Part shown: one piece after another, positions 39,078 through 49,084 of the stretch
How positions within the stretch are numbered: position 1 is the first letter of the stretch
How the letters are laid out: each line of letters opens with the position of its first letter
Source of the DNA: Clostridia bacterium
GTDB lineage: Bacteria > Bacillota > Clostridia > Christensenellales > CAG-138
DNA length: 64,000 bases
Assembly: GCA_036651815.1 (NCBI GenBank)
Contig: JAVVXB010000001.1
Span: forward strand, 62,640 to 126,639
Direction: 5' to 3'
Translations under genes and position numbers: made by a program
The notes under the pieces: generated by a model
Database searches by the model: none
What the model was told of the DNA's origin: nothing
Seen by the model: only the letters and a program-made list of their open reading frames with translations

Positions 39078-40148
39078 ATGAAAGAACGACAAAACAATCT
39101 GCGTCAAATGATGCAAAAGAATCAGTTGGATGCCGTACTCCTTACGAACGGCGTTAATATCCGTTATTATACCGGGTTCTCCAGTTGGGAGTGCGAGGTA
39201 TTGATAACGGACAAAACTTGCTATCTGGTGACGGATTTCCGCTATACCATCCAAGCAAAGGCACAAGCTGGGAGTTGCGCAGAGATCATTGAAGCGAACG
39301 GGCGGGAAAAACAACTGGACGTGCTTCGAGAATTGCTTCGTGCCAACGGCTGCAAATGTTGTGGCTATGAACAGGAATGTCTCACGGTTAAGCAGTTTTC
39401 CGAGTATCGTGCGTTCGATTTGGATTGGTCGGCCTTTGGGGACGAAATTTCTTCTTTGCGTGCAATCAAATCCGCATCGGAAATTGAGAGCCTACAAAAA
39501 GCGCAGTGTATTGCCGACAAAGCGTTTGCGGCGCTTATACCAAAGCTTAAAATTGGTATGAGTGAACGGCAAGCAGAAGCGGAGTTGAATTATCTGTGTA
39601 GCGTGCTAGGCAGCGAGGGCCCGTCGTTCGATCCGATCGTGGGTGCCGGAGAAAACGGTGCCATGTGCCACGCAGTTCCCGGTGAACGCAGATTTCGAAA
39701 CGGCGATCTTGTTGTGTTTGACTTTGGATGCATCGTGGACGGATACCATTCCGATATGACGCGCACCATTGGCTTTGGAACAATCGATGCGGAACTTCTG
39801 AAAATCTACGAGATCACGTTGGAAGCTCAGCAACGGTGCCTTGATACGTTGAAGGCTGGCATGACCGGCAAAGCGCTCGATGCCGTTGCGCGGGACTGTA
39901 TTGAAAGTTACGGCTACGGTGAGCATTTTGGTCATGGACTCGGCCATGGCTTTGGTCTTGAAATTCATGAACCACCCAGAGCGGCGAAAACCAGCGTGGA
40001 TACGCTGGTTGCGGGTATGACAGTAACCATTGAGCCGGGCATCTATCTCGAAGGTAAAGGCGGCGTTCGGATCGAAGATTGCGTAGTTGTAACTGATGCA
40101 GGGTGCTTGAATCTGGTATCTACAGCAAGGGATTTGCTGATTGTTTAG
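39078..40148 (+). CDS. M24 family Xaa-Pro aminopeptidase/dipeptidase (YqhT/PepP-like)
   Basis: Creatinase-like N-domain plus the pita-bread fold metal ligands (VVFDFGCIVDGYHSDMTRT, HGLGHGFGLEIHE, EPGIY, RIED). Upstream of efp, as in Bacillus. Confidence 0.85.
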   Translation: MKERQNNLRQMMQKNQLDAVLLTNGVNIRYYTGFSSWECEVLITDKTCYLVTDFRYTIQAKAQAGSCAEIIEANGREKQLDVLRELLRANGCKCCGYEQECLTVKQFSEYRAFDLDWSAFGDEISSLRAIKSASEIESLQKAQCIADKAFAALIPKLKIGMSERQAEAELNYLCSVLGSEGPSFDPIVGAGENGAMCHAVPGERRFRNGDLVVFDFGCIVDGYHSDMTRTIGFGTIDAELLKIYEITLEAQQRCLDTLKAGMTGKALDAVARDCIESYGYGEHFGHGLGHGFGLEIHEPPRAAKTSVDTLVAGMTVTIEPGIYLEGKGGVRIEDCVVVTDAGCLNLVSTARDLLIV

Positions 40149-40187
40149 GGTATTAATTAGGAAACGGAAGATGGAGGAATCATTGCT

Positions 40188-40745
40188 ATGATTATGGCAG
40201 GCGATTTTCGCAAGGGCGTTACAGTTGAGATCGATGGACAGGTATGGTCAATTACAGATTTTCAACATGTGAAACCCGGCAAGGGAGCAGCGTTTGTCCG
40301 CACGCGCTTGAAGAACGTGATGTCGGGCGCAGTGCTCGAGCGTACGTTCTCGCCTACGGATAAATACCCGAAGGCACACATTGAGACCAAGGAGATGCAG
40401 TATCTCTACAGTGATAGCGAACTCTATTACTTCATGGATGTAGAAACCTATGAGCAGATTCCGCTGAATCATGATCAGGTGGAGGATGCCATCAACTTTA
40501 TCGTTGAGAATGAGAACGTTAAGGTTCGTTTTTTCAAGGATCGCCCGTTCTCTGTGGAATCTCCAAATTTTGTGGAGTTGACCGTCACCGATACGGAGCC
40601 GGGTATTAAGGGCGACACTGCAACCGGGACAACAAAGCCCGCAACCCTTGAGACTGGATATCAACTGAACGTACCGCTGTTCATCAATGAGGGTGACCGC
40701 ATCCGCATTGATACGCGTTCCGGCGAATATATGGAGCGTGCGTAA
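40188..40745 (+). CDS. efp: Translation elongation factor P
   Basis: [40 protein letters not shown] (KPGKG loop). 185 aa. Confidence 0.95.
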   Translation: MIMAGDFRKGVTVEIDGQVWSITDFQHVKPGKGAAFVRTRLKNVMSGAVLERTFSPTDKYPKAHIETKEMQYLYSDSELYYFMDVETYEQIPLNHDQVEDAINFIVENENVKVRFFKDRPFSVESPNFVELTVTDTEPGIKGDTATGTTKPATLETGYQLNVPLFINEGDRIRIDTRSGEYMERA

Positions 40746-40897
40746 CACAGCATTTTTTGGGGCAATTTGATGCAAGATAAATTTGCGGCCGCATGCCGGG
40801 AACGTTCATGCTTGGCATGACGGCGGCAAGCAAGCAACGCGCATGCCGTTACTTGCGATAGATCATAATACATAGGAGACGAAAGGAGTGTTATCCA

Positions 40898-41308
40898 ATG
40901 AGCTATATTTCCGAAAAGGTTTCATACCTCGACGGCTTGGCCGATGGAATGGAGATTGAAAAGGATCCCAATGGCAAGTTGCTGAAAGGCATTATTGAAG
41001 CGCTTGGCGCCATCGCGGAACAGATGGAAGAACAGGATGAGGTCGTGGACGATCTATCAGACTGCATCGACGATATCTATGACGAGCTTGATGAGTGCTT
41101 CGAGGACGACGATGATGATGATGACGACGATGATGAATTTAACGAGGATGATTTCATTGAAGTCGACTGTCCGCACTGCGGCGAAACCATTTATTTCGAT
41201 GAGAACATGATCGACAGCGAGGATGGATTGATTTGCCCTTGCTGCAACGAATCCATCGAGTTTAAGGTGCCCACCTGCGACTGCGGTTGCCATAGTGACA
41301 AAGAATAA
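40898..41308 (+). CDS. Highly acidic small protein with C-terminal zinc-ribbon (CD1247 N-terminal-domain-like)
   Basis: 136 aa with SD AAAGGAG. Contains a run of 10 Asp, then CPHCGETIYF...CPCCNESIEF (two CxxC pairs) and CDCGCH. Confidence 0.6.
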   Translation: MSYISEKVSYLDGLADGMEIEKDPNGKLLKGIIEALGAIAEQMEEQDEVVDDLSDCIDDIYDELDECFEDDDDDDDDDDEFNEDDFIEVDCPHCGETIYFDENMIDSEDGLICPCCNESIEFKVPTCDCGCHSDKE

Positions 41309-41337
41309 GTAAGCGTTTTTCTAAAAAGGGAATCAAG

Positions 41338-41369
41338 ACCCTGTCCGGAACTTGCCGGATGGGGTTTTT
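41338..41369 (+). terminator. Probable terminator after the acidic zinc-ribbon gene
   Basis: ACCCTGTCCGG-aacttg-CCGGATGGGGT (11-bp stem with two G-U pairs) followed by TTTTT. Confidence 0.6.
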
Positions 41370-41437
41370 GAGTTGTAAAACAAGGAAAAATGAAAGAAGT
41401 GGCGTATCTATACAAGTACGGAGGGAGGCATGGAACT

Positions 41438-42457
41438 ATGAATCCAACGAATGCACGCAGATACTACGAGCAATTGCAAGCGGAGACGTTGTCCCGCTAT
41501 GCAATGCTGTCACAGAATACTCGGGGGCGTGAAAACCCAATTTCCCCGTGTTCCATTCGAACGGATTTTATTCGTGATCGTGACCGTATCATCCACTGCA
41601 AGTCATTTCGCCGTCTCAAACACAAAACTCAGGTGTTTTTATCTCCGCAAGGCGACCACTACCGCACGCGCTTGACCCATACGTTGGAAGTGTCGCAAAT
41701 TGCAAGAACCATTGCCCGCGCGCTGCGCCTCAACGAAGACCTGACTGAAGCCATTGCCATGGGGCACGACTTGGGACACACGCCCTTTGGTCACTCAGGT
41801 GAGGATGTGCTAAATGAGCTTGTGCCCGGGGGATTTGAACACAATATTCAGAGCTTGCGCGTGGTGGAAAAACTCGAGAATGATGGGTTGGGTTTAAATT
41901 TAACCTTTGAGGTGCGCGATGGTATTCTCAACCATAAGAAGAGCGGAAATGCCTGCACGTTGGAAGGCCATGTTGTCTCCATCGCAGACCGGATTGCGTA
42001 TATTAACCACGATATTGATGATTCCATTCGTGCTGGCGTGCTGACAGAGGAGGATTTGCCGGGAGCGTGCGTACAGGCCCTTGGCCGCAGCCACGGAAAG
42101 CGCATTAATACCATGATTTTGGATGTGGTGCAACAGAGTTTTGATCAACCCAATGTGCAGATGTCTGATCCGATTTATGAAGCGTTTGACCAATTGCGTG
42201 ATTTTATGTTTGATCGCGTATATAGAAATCCGGTAGCCAAGAGCGAGGAAAACAAAGCTAAGGGGGTGGTGCGGGCGTTGTTTGCTTATTATTTGCACAA
42301 TATCCAACAGTTGCCGGATGATTTTCTGTTGAATCTTGCGGGGGATGGGCCAGACCGGGTGGTCGCGGATTACATTGCTTGTATGACAGATAACTATGCT
42401 GTTCATGATTATGAGCGTCTGTTTGTACCGAAATCATGGATGAATGCAGGAAATTGA
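41438..42457 (+). CDS. dgt: dGTP triphosphohydrolase-like HD-domain protein
   Basis: FIRDRDRIIHCKSFRRLKHKTQVF...RTRLTHTLEVSQIAR...GHDLGHTPFGH (HD motif). ATG 41438 lies 8 nt after SD GGAGGGAGG. Confidence 0.85.
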   Translation: MNPTNARRYYEQLQAETLSRYAMLSQNTRGRENPISPCSIRTDFIRDRDRIIHCKSFRRLKHKTQVFLSPQGDHYRTRLTHTLEVSQIARTIARALRLNEDLTEAIAMGHDLGHTPFGHSGEDVLNELVPGGFEHNIQSLRVVEKLENDGLGLNLTFEVRDGILNHKKSGNACTLEGHVVSIADRIAYINHDIDDSIRAGVLTEEDLPGACVQALGRSHGKRINTMILDVVQQSFDQPNVQMSDPIYEAFDQLRDFMFDRVYRNPVAKSEENKAKGVVRALFAYYLHNIQQLPDDFLLNLAGDGPDRVVADYIACMTDNYAVHDYERLFVPKSWMNAGN

Positions 42458-42511
42458 AGAAATATGTCGAATTAATCATAGTATGTTTTGCTACAAGAAA
42501 AGGATGGACGA

Positions 42512-44287
42512 ATGGCATTTCCAGAAAGCTGGATGAATGAGCTGATCGCGAAGAATGATATTGTTACCGTGATCTCCTCCTATATGGAACTCAAACCAAA
42601 GGGCCGACGACTCTGGGGTCTATGTCCTTTACATGGTGAAAAGACGCCTTCGTTTTCCGTTTCGCAGGACAAGCAGATGTTCTATTGCTTCGGTTGCCAT
42701 GCAGGCGGCACGGTCATTCAGTTTATTATGGACATGGAACGACTTTCCTTCCTGGAGGCGGTGAAGTTTCTTGCGGATCGCGCCGGGGTTCAGATGCCGG
42801 AGGAAGTAGATGACCGCAGGATGCAGCAGGAGCGCGCTTATCGTGACCGCATGTACGATGCCTGCAAGATGGCCGCACGCTTCTATATGGAAACGCTGCT
42901 TGGCCCGGAAGGTAACCCTGGGCGTAAGTATCTGAAGGATCGCGGCATCACTTCCGAAGCGGTCAAACGCTTTGGAATCGGTTATGCACCGGACAGCTGG
43001 GATGCTTTGATGCGGTATCTTTTCAATAAGGGGTTTACGCAACAGGAACTGTTGGATGCGGGTCTGCTCATGAAAAATGTTCAGAGCGACCGTGTGTACG
43101 ATGCTTACCGCGGACGCGTGATCTATCCGATCGTCGGCACCAACGGGCGCGTATTGGGATTTGGTGCGCGAGTGCTGAACAACGACAAACCCAAGTACAT
43201 TAACACCGGGGATACGCCCATCTATAACAAACGCATGAATCTATACGGACTAAACCTACAAAAAGGTGCACAGCTAACGGATCTTGTGATTGTGGAAGGA
43301 TACATGGATGTCATCGGCCTACACCAAGCCGGTGTGGCCAATGTGGTGGCAAGTCTAGGTACGGCGTTAACGATCCAACAAGCACGTTTGATCAAGCGGT
43401 ACGTTACCACCGTATTTATTGCATACGATGGGGATGCGGCAGGCCAGAATGCCATGATCCGCGGGTTGGATATTCTATCGGGCGAGGGACTCAGCGTGCG
43501 GGTGATTGTATTTCCGAACGGGCAGGATCCGGATGAATTTGTGCGTACCCATGGCAAGGAAGCTTTTGAAGCGCTGAAGGATCGCGCACTGTCGCTGAAT
43601 GCTTACAAGATCGAGAGCATGTCGCATGGATTCGAGCTGTCCAACGAGAATGCCAGGGAACAGTTTGCGAGGGAAACGTGCCGCTTTATTGCTTCGCTGG
43701 AACCGATCGAACAGGATCGCTATTATCAGCAACTTGCACAGAAAACTGGTTATCCGATGGCCGCCTTGAAGGCGCAGGGGAGTACGAGCAAGCCTCTGGA
43801 ACAATCTCCGTTGAATAGGAGTGTGCCCGGATGGAAAAATAACCAAAATATAGCACGTCTCGATGAAACCGAGCGGACGCGCGCGGAGACGACGCTGCTA
43901 TATGCTATGCTGCAGGATAAAATGTCAGCAAAGGCAGCTGCAGAGCAGAATGTGGCGGCACTGTTTTCGCAAAACGCGTTCGTGTTGCTTGCAAATGCGA
44001 TCATCGCAGCTAGTGCGGCCGGCTTGGAGCCAAATGCCGCAACCATGATTGCAGGCATGGATAAACCGGATGCAGATTTGGCTAGCATGGTGCTGCGCGA
44101 GGACATGATACTGACAGAGCCGGTGCAGGTCGTAAACGATTGTATTCGCCGAATAAGACGGTATGATCTGACCGTAAGGATACAGGAAATGACGCAGGCC
44201 GTGTCGGAAATTGGAATTACGCCCGAGGAACGGACACGGCGTTTGACCGAAATACAGCAAACGAATAGGGAGATGCGAGGGATATGA
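42512..44287 (+). CDS. dnaG: DNA primase DnaG
   Basis: Zinc finger [13 protein letters not shown]...YCFGCHAGG, the Toprim region [16 protein letters not shown]...DGDAAG, and a C-terminal helicase-interaction domain. Confidence 0.95.
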   Translation: MAFPESWMNELIAKNDIVTVISSYMELKPKGRRLWGLCPLHGEKTPSFSVSQDKQMFYCFGCHAGGTVIQFIMDMERLSFLEAVKFLADRAGVQMPEEVDDRRMQQERAYRDRMYDACKMAARFYMETLLGPEGNPGRKYLKDRGITSEAVKRFGIGYAPDSWDALMRYLFNKGFTQQELLDAGLLMKNVQSDRVYDAYRGRVIYPIVGTNGRVLGFGARVLNNDKPKYINTGDTPIYNKRMNLYGLNLQKGAQLTDLVIVEGYMDVIGLHQAGVANVVASLGTALTIQQARLIKRYVTTVFIAYDGDAAGQNAMIRGLDILSGEGLSVRVIVFPNGQDPDEFVRTHGKEAFEALKDRALSLNAYKIESMSHGFELSNENAREQFARETCRFIASLEPIEQDRYYQQLAQKTGYPMAALKAQGSTSKPLEQSPLNRSVPGWKNNQNIARLDETERTRAETTLLYAMLQDKMSAKAAAEQNVAALFSQNAFVLLANAIIAASAAGLEPNAATMIAGMDKPDADLASMVLREDMILTEPVQVVNDCIRRIRRYDLTVRIQEMTQAVSEIGITPEERTRRLTEIQQTNREMRGI

Positions 44288-45405
44288 CGAAAGGAGCGGG
44301 GAAATTGGAACAACAAAGCAAAGAACCGACCAAGGAGCAAACGAAACTGCAAAAGATCAATGAGCTTTTGGAGACCGGAAAAGCAAAAGGAATTCTCACT
44401 TACAAGGAAATTATGGATGCCTTGGAGGAGCTGGAACTGGATCAGGAGCAGGTTGAAAAACTATATGATCATCTGGAAGAGCTGAGCATTGATGTTGTCG
44501 AGGAAGTGGATATTCCCGAGGATATCAATGAGGAAATTGCAGAGATTGAAACAGTGCTTGCAACGGCGGAGGGCATTAATATTGATGATCCGGTGCGCAT
44601 GTACCTGAAAGAAATCGGCAAGGTTTCGCTGTTGTCGGCTCAGCAGGAAGTTGAGATTGCCCAGCGGATGGCAGATGGTGATCCAGAGGCCAAGCACCAA
44701 CTGGCGGAAGCGAACCTGCGTCTTGTGGTTTCCATCGCAAAGCGTTATGTGGGCAGGGGCATGCTCTTTTTAGATCTGATTCAGGAAGGCAATCTTGGTT
44801 TGATTAAGGCGGTTGAGAAGTTTGATTACCGCAAGGGATATAAATTTTCCACCTATGCAACTTGGTGGATTCGCCAAGCAATTACACGTGCTATCGCGGA
44901 TCAGGCACGTACCATTCGTATTCCGGTGCACATGGTGGAAACCATCAATAAGCTGATTCGCGTCAACCGCCAATTGGTGCAGGATTACGGCCGTGATCCC
45001 CGACCGGACGAGATTGCAAAAGAGATGGGAATTACCGAGGAAAAAGTGCGCGAGATCATCAAGATTGCGCAGGAACCAGTTTCGTTGGAAACACCGATTG
45101 GCGAAGAGGATGATAGCCATCTTGGAGATTTCATCCCTGATGATGACGCGCCGGCACCTGCAGAAGCGGTTGCGGTCACATTGCTGAAAGAACAGCTCAT
45201 GGATGTGTTGAATTCGCTGACACCCCGCGAGGCTAAGGTACTCCGTCTGCGCTATGGATTGGACGATGGTAAGGCGCGAACACTGGAGGAAGTGGGCAAG
45301 GAGTTTAACGTCACCCGAGAGCGTATTCGTCAGATTGAAGCAAAAGCGCTGAGAAAACTGCGCCATCCGAGTCGTAGCAAGCGACTCAAGGATTTCTTGG
45401 AATAG
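44284..45405 (+). CDS. rpoD: Primary RNA polymerase sigma factor (RpoD/SigA)
   Basis: Acidic region 1.1, then [50 protein letters not shown] and [30 protein letters not shown]. Confidence 0.95.
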   Translation: MTKGAGKLEQQSKEPTKEQTKLQKINELLETGKAKGILTYKEIMDALEELELDQEQVEKLYDHLEELSIDVVEEVDIPEDINEEIAEIETVLATAEGINIDDPVRMYLKEIGKVSLLSAQQEVEIAQRMADGDPEAKHQLAEANLRLVVSIAKRYVGRGMLFLDLIQEGNLGLIKAVEKFDYRKGYKFSTYATWWIRQAITRAIADQARTIRIPVHMVETINKLIRVNRQLVQDYGRDPRPDEIAKEMGITEEKVREIIKIAQEPVSLETPIGEEDDSHLGDFIPDDDAPAPAEAVAVTLLKEQLMDVLNSLTPREAKVLRLRYGLDDGKARTLEEVGKEFNVTRERIRQIEAKALRKLRHPSRSKRLKDFLE

Positions 45406-45440
45406 ACCAATAAAACGTTGGCAATGATTGCTGATGATTC

Positions 45441-45476
45441 AACCCGGCATGGCATAGTTTGCTGTGCCGGGTTTTT
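45441..45476 (+). terminator. Rho-independent terminator after rpoD
   Basis: AACCCGGCA-N15-TGCCGGGTT followed by TTT. Confidence 0.8.
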
Positions 45477-45567
45477 ATGCTGAGATTTAAAAGATACCAT
45501 TTGATGGGATATGGTATAATCATTGCAATTATTGAATCCATCAATGGATGTGAACAGGAGGAACAAC

Positions 45568-47502
45568 ATGATTGCGCAGGCAATAGAAGCATATAAAAGT
45601 GCGCTGCATCTTGGGCAAAGAGAATTTCGCGCATGTGTTGCACATGGACAGAATCCATACCCGGCACTGCTTTCTGATGAACTACCGGATATTAACGCGG
45701 TTCGCCAGGAGCATGCGGGCATAATAGAGGTACCGGCGGAACAATTTATCGGCGTTGGCAACGCATCCCGACAAGAAGCGTTTTCGGCAGGATTCATGCC
45801 GTTGCTTGGCGAAACGTCTGAATTTGCAGGTAAGTGGATTGCCCTTTGCAACGCGCATTTAGAGAATGGCATTCGCGATGCTGTGAAGGCTTATGATTAT
45901 ATGAACCGATACTTTGTGGAAGAAGGCAACAAGCGTGTCAGCGTACTTAAATATCTGGGGGCTTCTCATATTGCGGCGGATGTTACACGTTTGATCCCCC
46001 CGAAAAATGGCGAGAAGGAAAACAACATTTATTATGAGTTTCTGGATTTTCATCGGCAGACCGGTATTCCAGATATCTATTTTTCAGAGGAAGGCCGCTT
46101 TGCAAGGCTATTGCAAACGGTGGGAAAAAACGAAGGCCAAGTATGGACCGACGATGAGAAGATGGCGTTGCGGGCGGCTTATCAGCGTTTCTTTGCGGTC
46201 TTCAATAAATACAACGCCAAAAGATTTCAGGTATCCTGCAGCGATGCGTTCTTGGCATATGCGGACATCTGTGGCTACGAGACACTTCGCACACAAACGG
46301 AAGATGAAATCGCGGCAAATCTTATGCAGATGCGGGACGAAGTGGTCGTTCTCGGACGTACGGATGCCGTGAAACTGAGCCTAAATCCGATGCCGGCTTC
46401 GCAGGCGCCACTGCTGAACAAACTCCTACCGGTGCATTCTGCAGAACTGCGAACTGCATTTTTGTTTGAAAAAACGGTTGAGACTTCGCCATGGACGGCG
46501 GTGCACGATGCTGGCCGACGAAGAATGGAACGAAACTTTAAGGGCAAGGTCGGCACAGTAAGCTACGATCGGGTGATGGTCGGCCAAAATGATGAGGAAA
46601 TTCTTGAACGGGCAATTGCAGAGGGGGCGGATGTAATTTTCACGACCACGCCAAAGATGATATCCGCCAGCGTAAAGGCAGCGGTACAGCATCCGGGGGT
46701 GAAGATCTTAAACTGTTCGCTGAATATGGTGCATCCATCCGTTCGCACCTACTACGCGCGCGTGTATGAAGCCAAGTTTTTAATTGGCGCAATTGCAGGC
46801 GCGATGTGCGAAAATGATACCATTGGTTATTTGGCGGATTATCCAATATTTGGCGTTCCTGCCAACATCAATGCCTTTGCCAAAGGAGTCCAAATGGTCA
46901 ATCCCCGCGCACGCGTTCAGCTTGAATGGACAAGTATCGCGGGACATGATCCGTATACGGCGTTCCGAGATAACGGTGTTACGTTGATTTCAGGGCGGGA
47001 CCTGCGTAGCTTGGAATGGGAAGTGCAGAGCTATGGCCTGTATCAGCAGCATGTCGATGGCGTGGAATGGCTTGCGTTGCCTTACTGGCACTGGGGCAAA
47101 ATGTACACGGAGATTGTTTCCAGCATTTTGTGTGGCACATGGAAAACAGAGGCGACACGCGCTGAGGAGCAGGCAATCAACTATTGGTGGGGGCTGTCCA
47201 GCGGGGTGCTGGACGTGACGTGCAGCGGTAGCTTGCCAACTGGCACCGTGCGGCTGATGGAGGTGCTGCGGGAGTCGATTCTATCCGGTAAGCTGGATGC
47301 CTTGGCACCTTTTCCGGAACCATATTTGACGGAGATGGAACGTACCACACTAAAAAGCCCGTCTCCTGAGGATATTCTCAGGATGGATACGCTGGCGGAG
47401 AACGTGGTGGGGAGTATTCCGGAAATGGAGATACTCATCGAGGAGGCCAAGCCACTTGTAAGATTGCAGGGCCTGCGCGCGCAGGAGGCACAACGGCTAT
47501 GA
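45568..47502 (+). CDS. Cytoplasmic fusion protein: ParB/Srx-like N-terminal region plus BMP (PnrA/Med)-family periplasmic-binding-fold C-terminal domain
   Basis: ATG 45568 follows SD AGGAGGA. There is no signal peptide or lipobox. The N-terminal part has YFVEEGNKRVSVLKYLG. The C-terminal ~330 aa (GADVIFTTTPKM..., YEAKFLIGAIAGAM..IGYLADYPIFGVPANINAFAKGVQMVNP) matches the BMP family. Confidence 0.7.
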   Translation: MIAQAIEAYKSALHLGQREFRACVAHGQNPYPALLSDELPDINAVRQEHAGIIEVPAEQFIGVGNASRQEAFSAGFMPLLGETSEFAGKWIALCNAHLENGIRDAVKAYDYMNRYFVEEGNKRVSVLKYLGASHIAADVTRLIPPKNGEKENNIYYEFLDFHRQTGIPDIYFSEEGRFARLLQTVGKNEGQVWTDDEKMALRAAYQRFFAVFNKYNAKRFQVSCSDAFLAYADICGYETLRTQTEDEIAANLMQMRDEVVVLGRTDAVKLSLNPMPASQAPLLNKLLPVHSAELRTAFLFEKTVETSPWTAVHDAGRRRMERNFKGKVGTVSYDRVMVGQNDEEILERAIAEGADVIFTTTPKMISASVKAAVQHPGVKILNCSLNMVHPSVRTYYARVYEAKFLIGAIAGAMCENDTIGYLADYPIFGVPANINAFAKGVQMVNPRARVQLEWTSIAGHDPYTAFRDNGVTLISGRDLRSLEWEVQSYGLYQQHVDGVEWLALPYWHWGKMYTEIVSSILCGTWKTEATRAEEQAINYWWGLSSGVLDVTCSGSLPTGTVRLMEVLRESILSGKLDALAPFPEPYLTEMERTTLKSPSPEDILRMDTLAENVVGSIPEMEILIEEAKPLVRLQGLRAQEAQRL

Positions 47503-48155
47503 GTGAGCAGCGGCAGATACGTATTCTTGTCGTGGGTGATGTGGAGGCGAAGTACCTCTGGGACTATTATCAGCCGGGCAGACTGGATGGCATCGGCTTG
47601 ATTCTTGCGGCCGGCGACTTGGATCCACATTATCTTTCATTTCTGGCCACGTTTTCAAAAGGCCCGGTTCTTTATATTCATGGAAACCATGATGACCGGT
47701 ATGCGGAAACGCCGCCGGAAGGCTGCATCTGCATTGAAGACCAGCTATATGTGCATCAGGGCTTGCGGATTGTCGGGCTTGGCGGCTGTTTACGGTATAA
47801 TCAAGGGATCAACCAATACTCGGAGCGCGAGATGATGCGGCGTATCAGACGGTTGCAACTTCCCCTGCTGAGATATGGAGGCTGTGATATTTTGCTGACA
47901 CATGCGCCAGCAAGAGGCCTGCATGACGGCTCGGACCCAACGCATTGCGGATTTCAATGCTTTGTATCGTTTCTGGATCGTTATCAACCCATGTGCTTTG
48001 TGCACAGTCATATTCATCCAAGCTATCTGGACGGATATGCAAGGATAGACACTTATCATGGCGTGCAGATTATCAACGCGTATGAAAAATATATATTTGA
48101 ATTGCCCGTTCCAACAGACAGACAGAAGGGTGGTAATCGGAACGGCCGTGCATAA
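47499..48155 (+). CDS. Calcineurin-like metallophosphoesterase
   Basis: ILVVGDVE, AAGDLD, IHGNHD, LLTHAP and VHSHIH form the ordered metallophosphoesterase motif series. ATGA overlap with the upstream gene. Confidence 0.8.
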   Translation: MSEQRQIRILVVGDVEAKYLWDYYQPGRLDGIGLILAAGDLDPHYLSFLATFSKGPVLYIHGNHDDRYAETPPEGCICIEDQLYVHQGLRIVGLGGCLRYNQGINQYSEREMMRRIRRLQLPLLRYGGCDILLTHAPARGLHDGSDPTHCGFQCFVSFLDRYQPMCFVHSHIHPSYLDGYARIDTYHGVQIINAYEKYIFELPVPTDRQKGGNRNGRA

Positions 48156-48313
48156 TAACGTCAATGCAAAGGCAAAGTATGACCGGTTTCACGCTGAAAA
48201 TAAAACGTTTAGCAACAATGAAACACTTCTTGCCGCGAAAACAATCTTGCATCAAAATGGTGTTGATCGAAGTGGGATAGCCATGCTGCGTTGAGCAATC
48301 CGGCAACGGGAGA

Positions 48314-48955
48314 TCATTTTTGGTAGATGTCAGGATTGATGTAGGATACTGCCTTGCCGACAATGCGGACGTTGCTGCGCGTGGTGACAACCGTAGGGGC
48401 ATAGGATGTGTTTTCGGCCATAAGTACCAACTGGGTATCATTTTTGTAGATACGGCGGATGGACAGTTTATTATCGATGAGTACCGCGGCAATCTCATGA
48501 TTATCCACATCCTCCTGAGCACGGATAAAGACAATATCGCCCTCGTGAACACCAATTTTTTCCATGCTGTCGTCATAGAACAGCAACGTAAAGTCACAAT
48601 GTACATTTGGCGGAAGCTCATCGTAGCAGAGAATATTGCATTTGTCCAGCAGCGTTCCCTTGATGACGGGATTAATGCGTGGCTTGGTGCTGGATTCCGG
48701 CGCATCGGCGATCTCCGTTGCCAGCGGACGTGACACAGGATGCTGGCGGCGCGTCTCATCATCGATTGCTAAATAATCCACGGTGACCTCAAAATAGGCG
48801 GATAACTTTAAAAGCGTGGAGCGTTTTACGTTTTCCGTTCCTTTTGCATAAAAATTCACAATTGTCATGTAGGGAATGCCTGCCTCGCGCGCAAGTTCCG
48901 ACTTGTTCAAACCGCGCTCTTGCATGAGCAAATCCAATTTGTCTGTCATTGTCAT
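48314..48955 (-). CDS. XRE-family HTH plus S24 (LexA-like) peptidase-domain repressor
   Basis: The only minus-strand gene. N-terminal HTH (RGLNKSELAREAGIPYMTIVNFY) and a C-terminal S24 fold with Ser (DDSMEKIG) and Lys (RIVGKAV) at dyad positions. ATG 48955 is preceded by SD GAGGA. Confidence 0.8.
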   Translation of the reverse strand: MTMTDKLDLLMQERGLNKSELAREAGIPYMTIVNFYAKGTENVKRSTLLKLSAYFEVTVDYLAIDDETRRQHPVSRPLATEIADAPESSTKPRINPVIKGTLLDKCNILCYDELPPNVHCDFTLLFYDDSMEKIGVHEGDIVFIRAQEDVDNHEIAAVLIDNKLSIRRIYKNDTQLVLMAENTSYAPTVVTTRSNVRIVGKAVSYINPDIYQK

Positions 48956-48973
48956 TTGTTTATCCTCGGAAAC

Positions 48974-49002
48974 ATCATACGCTAACTGATGCTGTAAAGC
49001 AA
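48974..49002 (-). promoter_or_regulatory. Putative sigma-A promoter for the repressor gene
   Basis: On the minus strand: TTGCTT, a 17-nt spacer, then TATGAT. In plus-strand coordinates the -10 is 48974-48979 and the -35 is 48997-49002. Confidence 0.4.
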
Positions 49003-49055
49003 GAAAAACTACCATACAGCATAGAACATATGTCTATTCCATGACCGGTGGTTGC

Positions 49056-49084
49056 TTGAATCATGGATAAAAATAGGATATAAT
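49056..49084 (+). promoter_or_regulatory. Putative sigma-A promoter for the malic enzyme gene
   Basis: TTGAAT (49056-49061), a 17-nt spacer, then TATAAT (49079-49084). Confidence 0.5.

Noticed and set aside
41100-41140. GAT/GAC triplet repeat as a phase-variation switch.
   Set aside because: Unit slippage changes the sequence by multiples of 3 nt. It would alter only the poly-Asp length and would not switch the gene on or off.
49021-49037. Reading AGAACATATGTCTA as a Firmicute LexA (Cheo) box, CGAACRNRYGTTYC.
   Set aside because: Three mismatches, including one inside the conserved GTTC half-site and both outer positions. The adjacent repressor has an XRE HTH rather than the LexA winged-helix domain. 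I kept it only as a generic near-palindrome in the findings.
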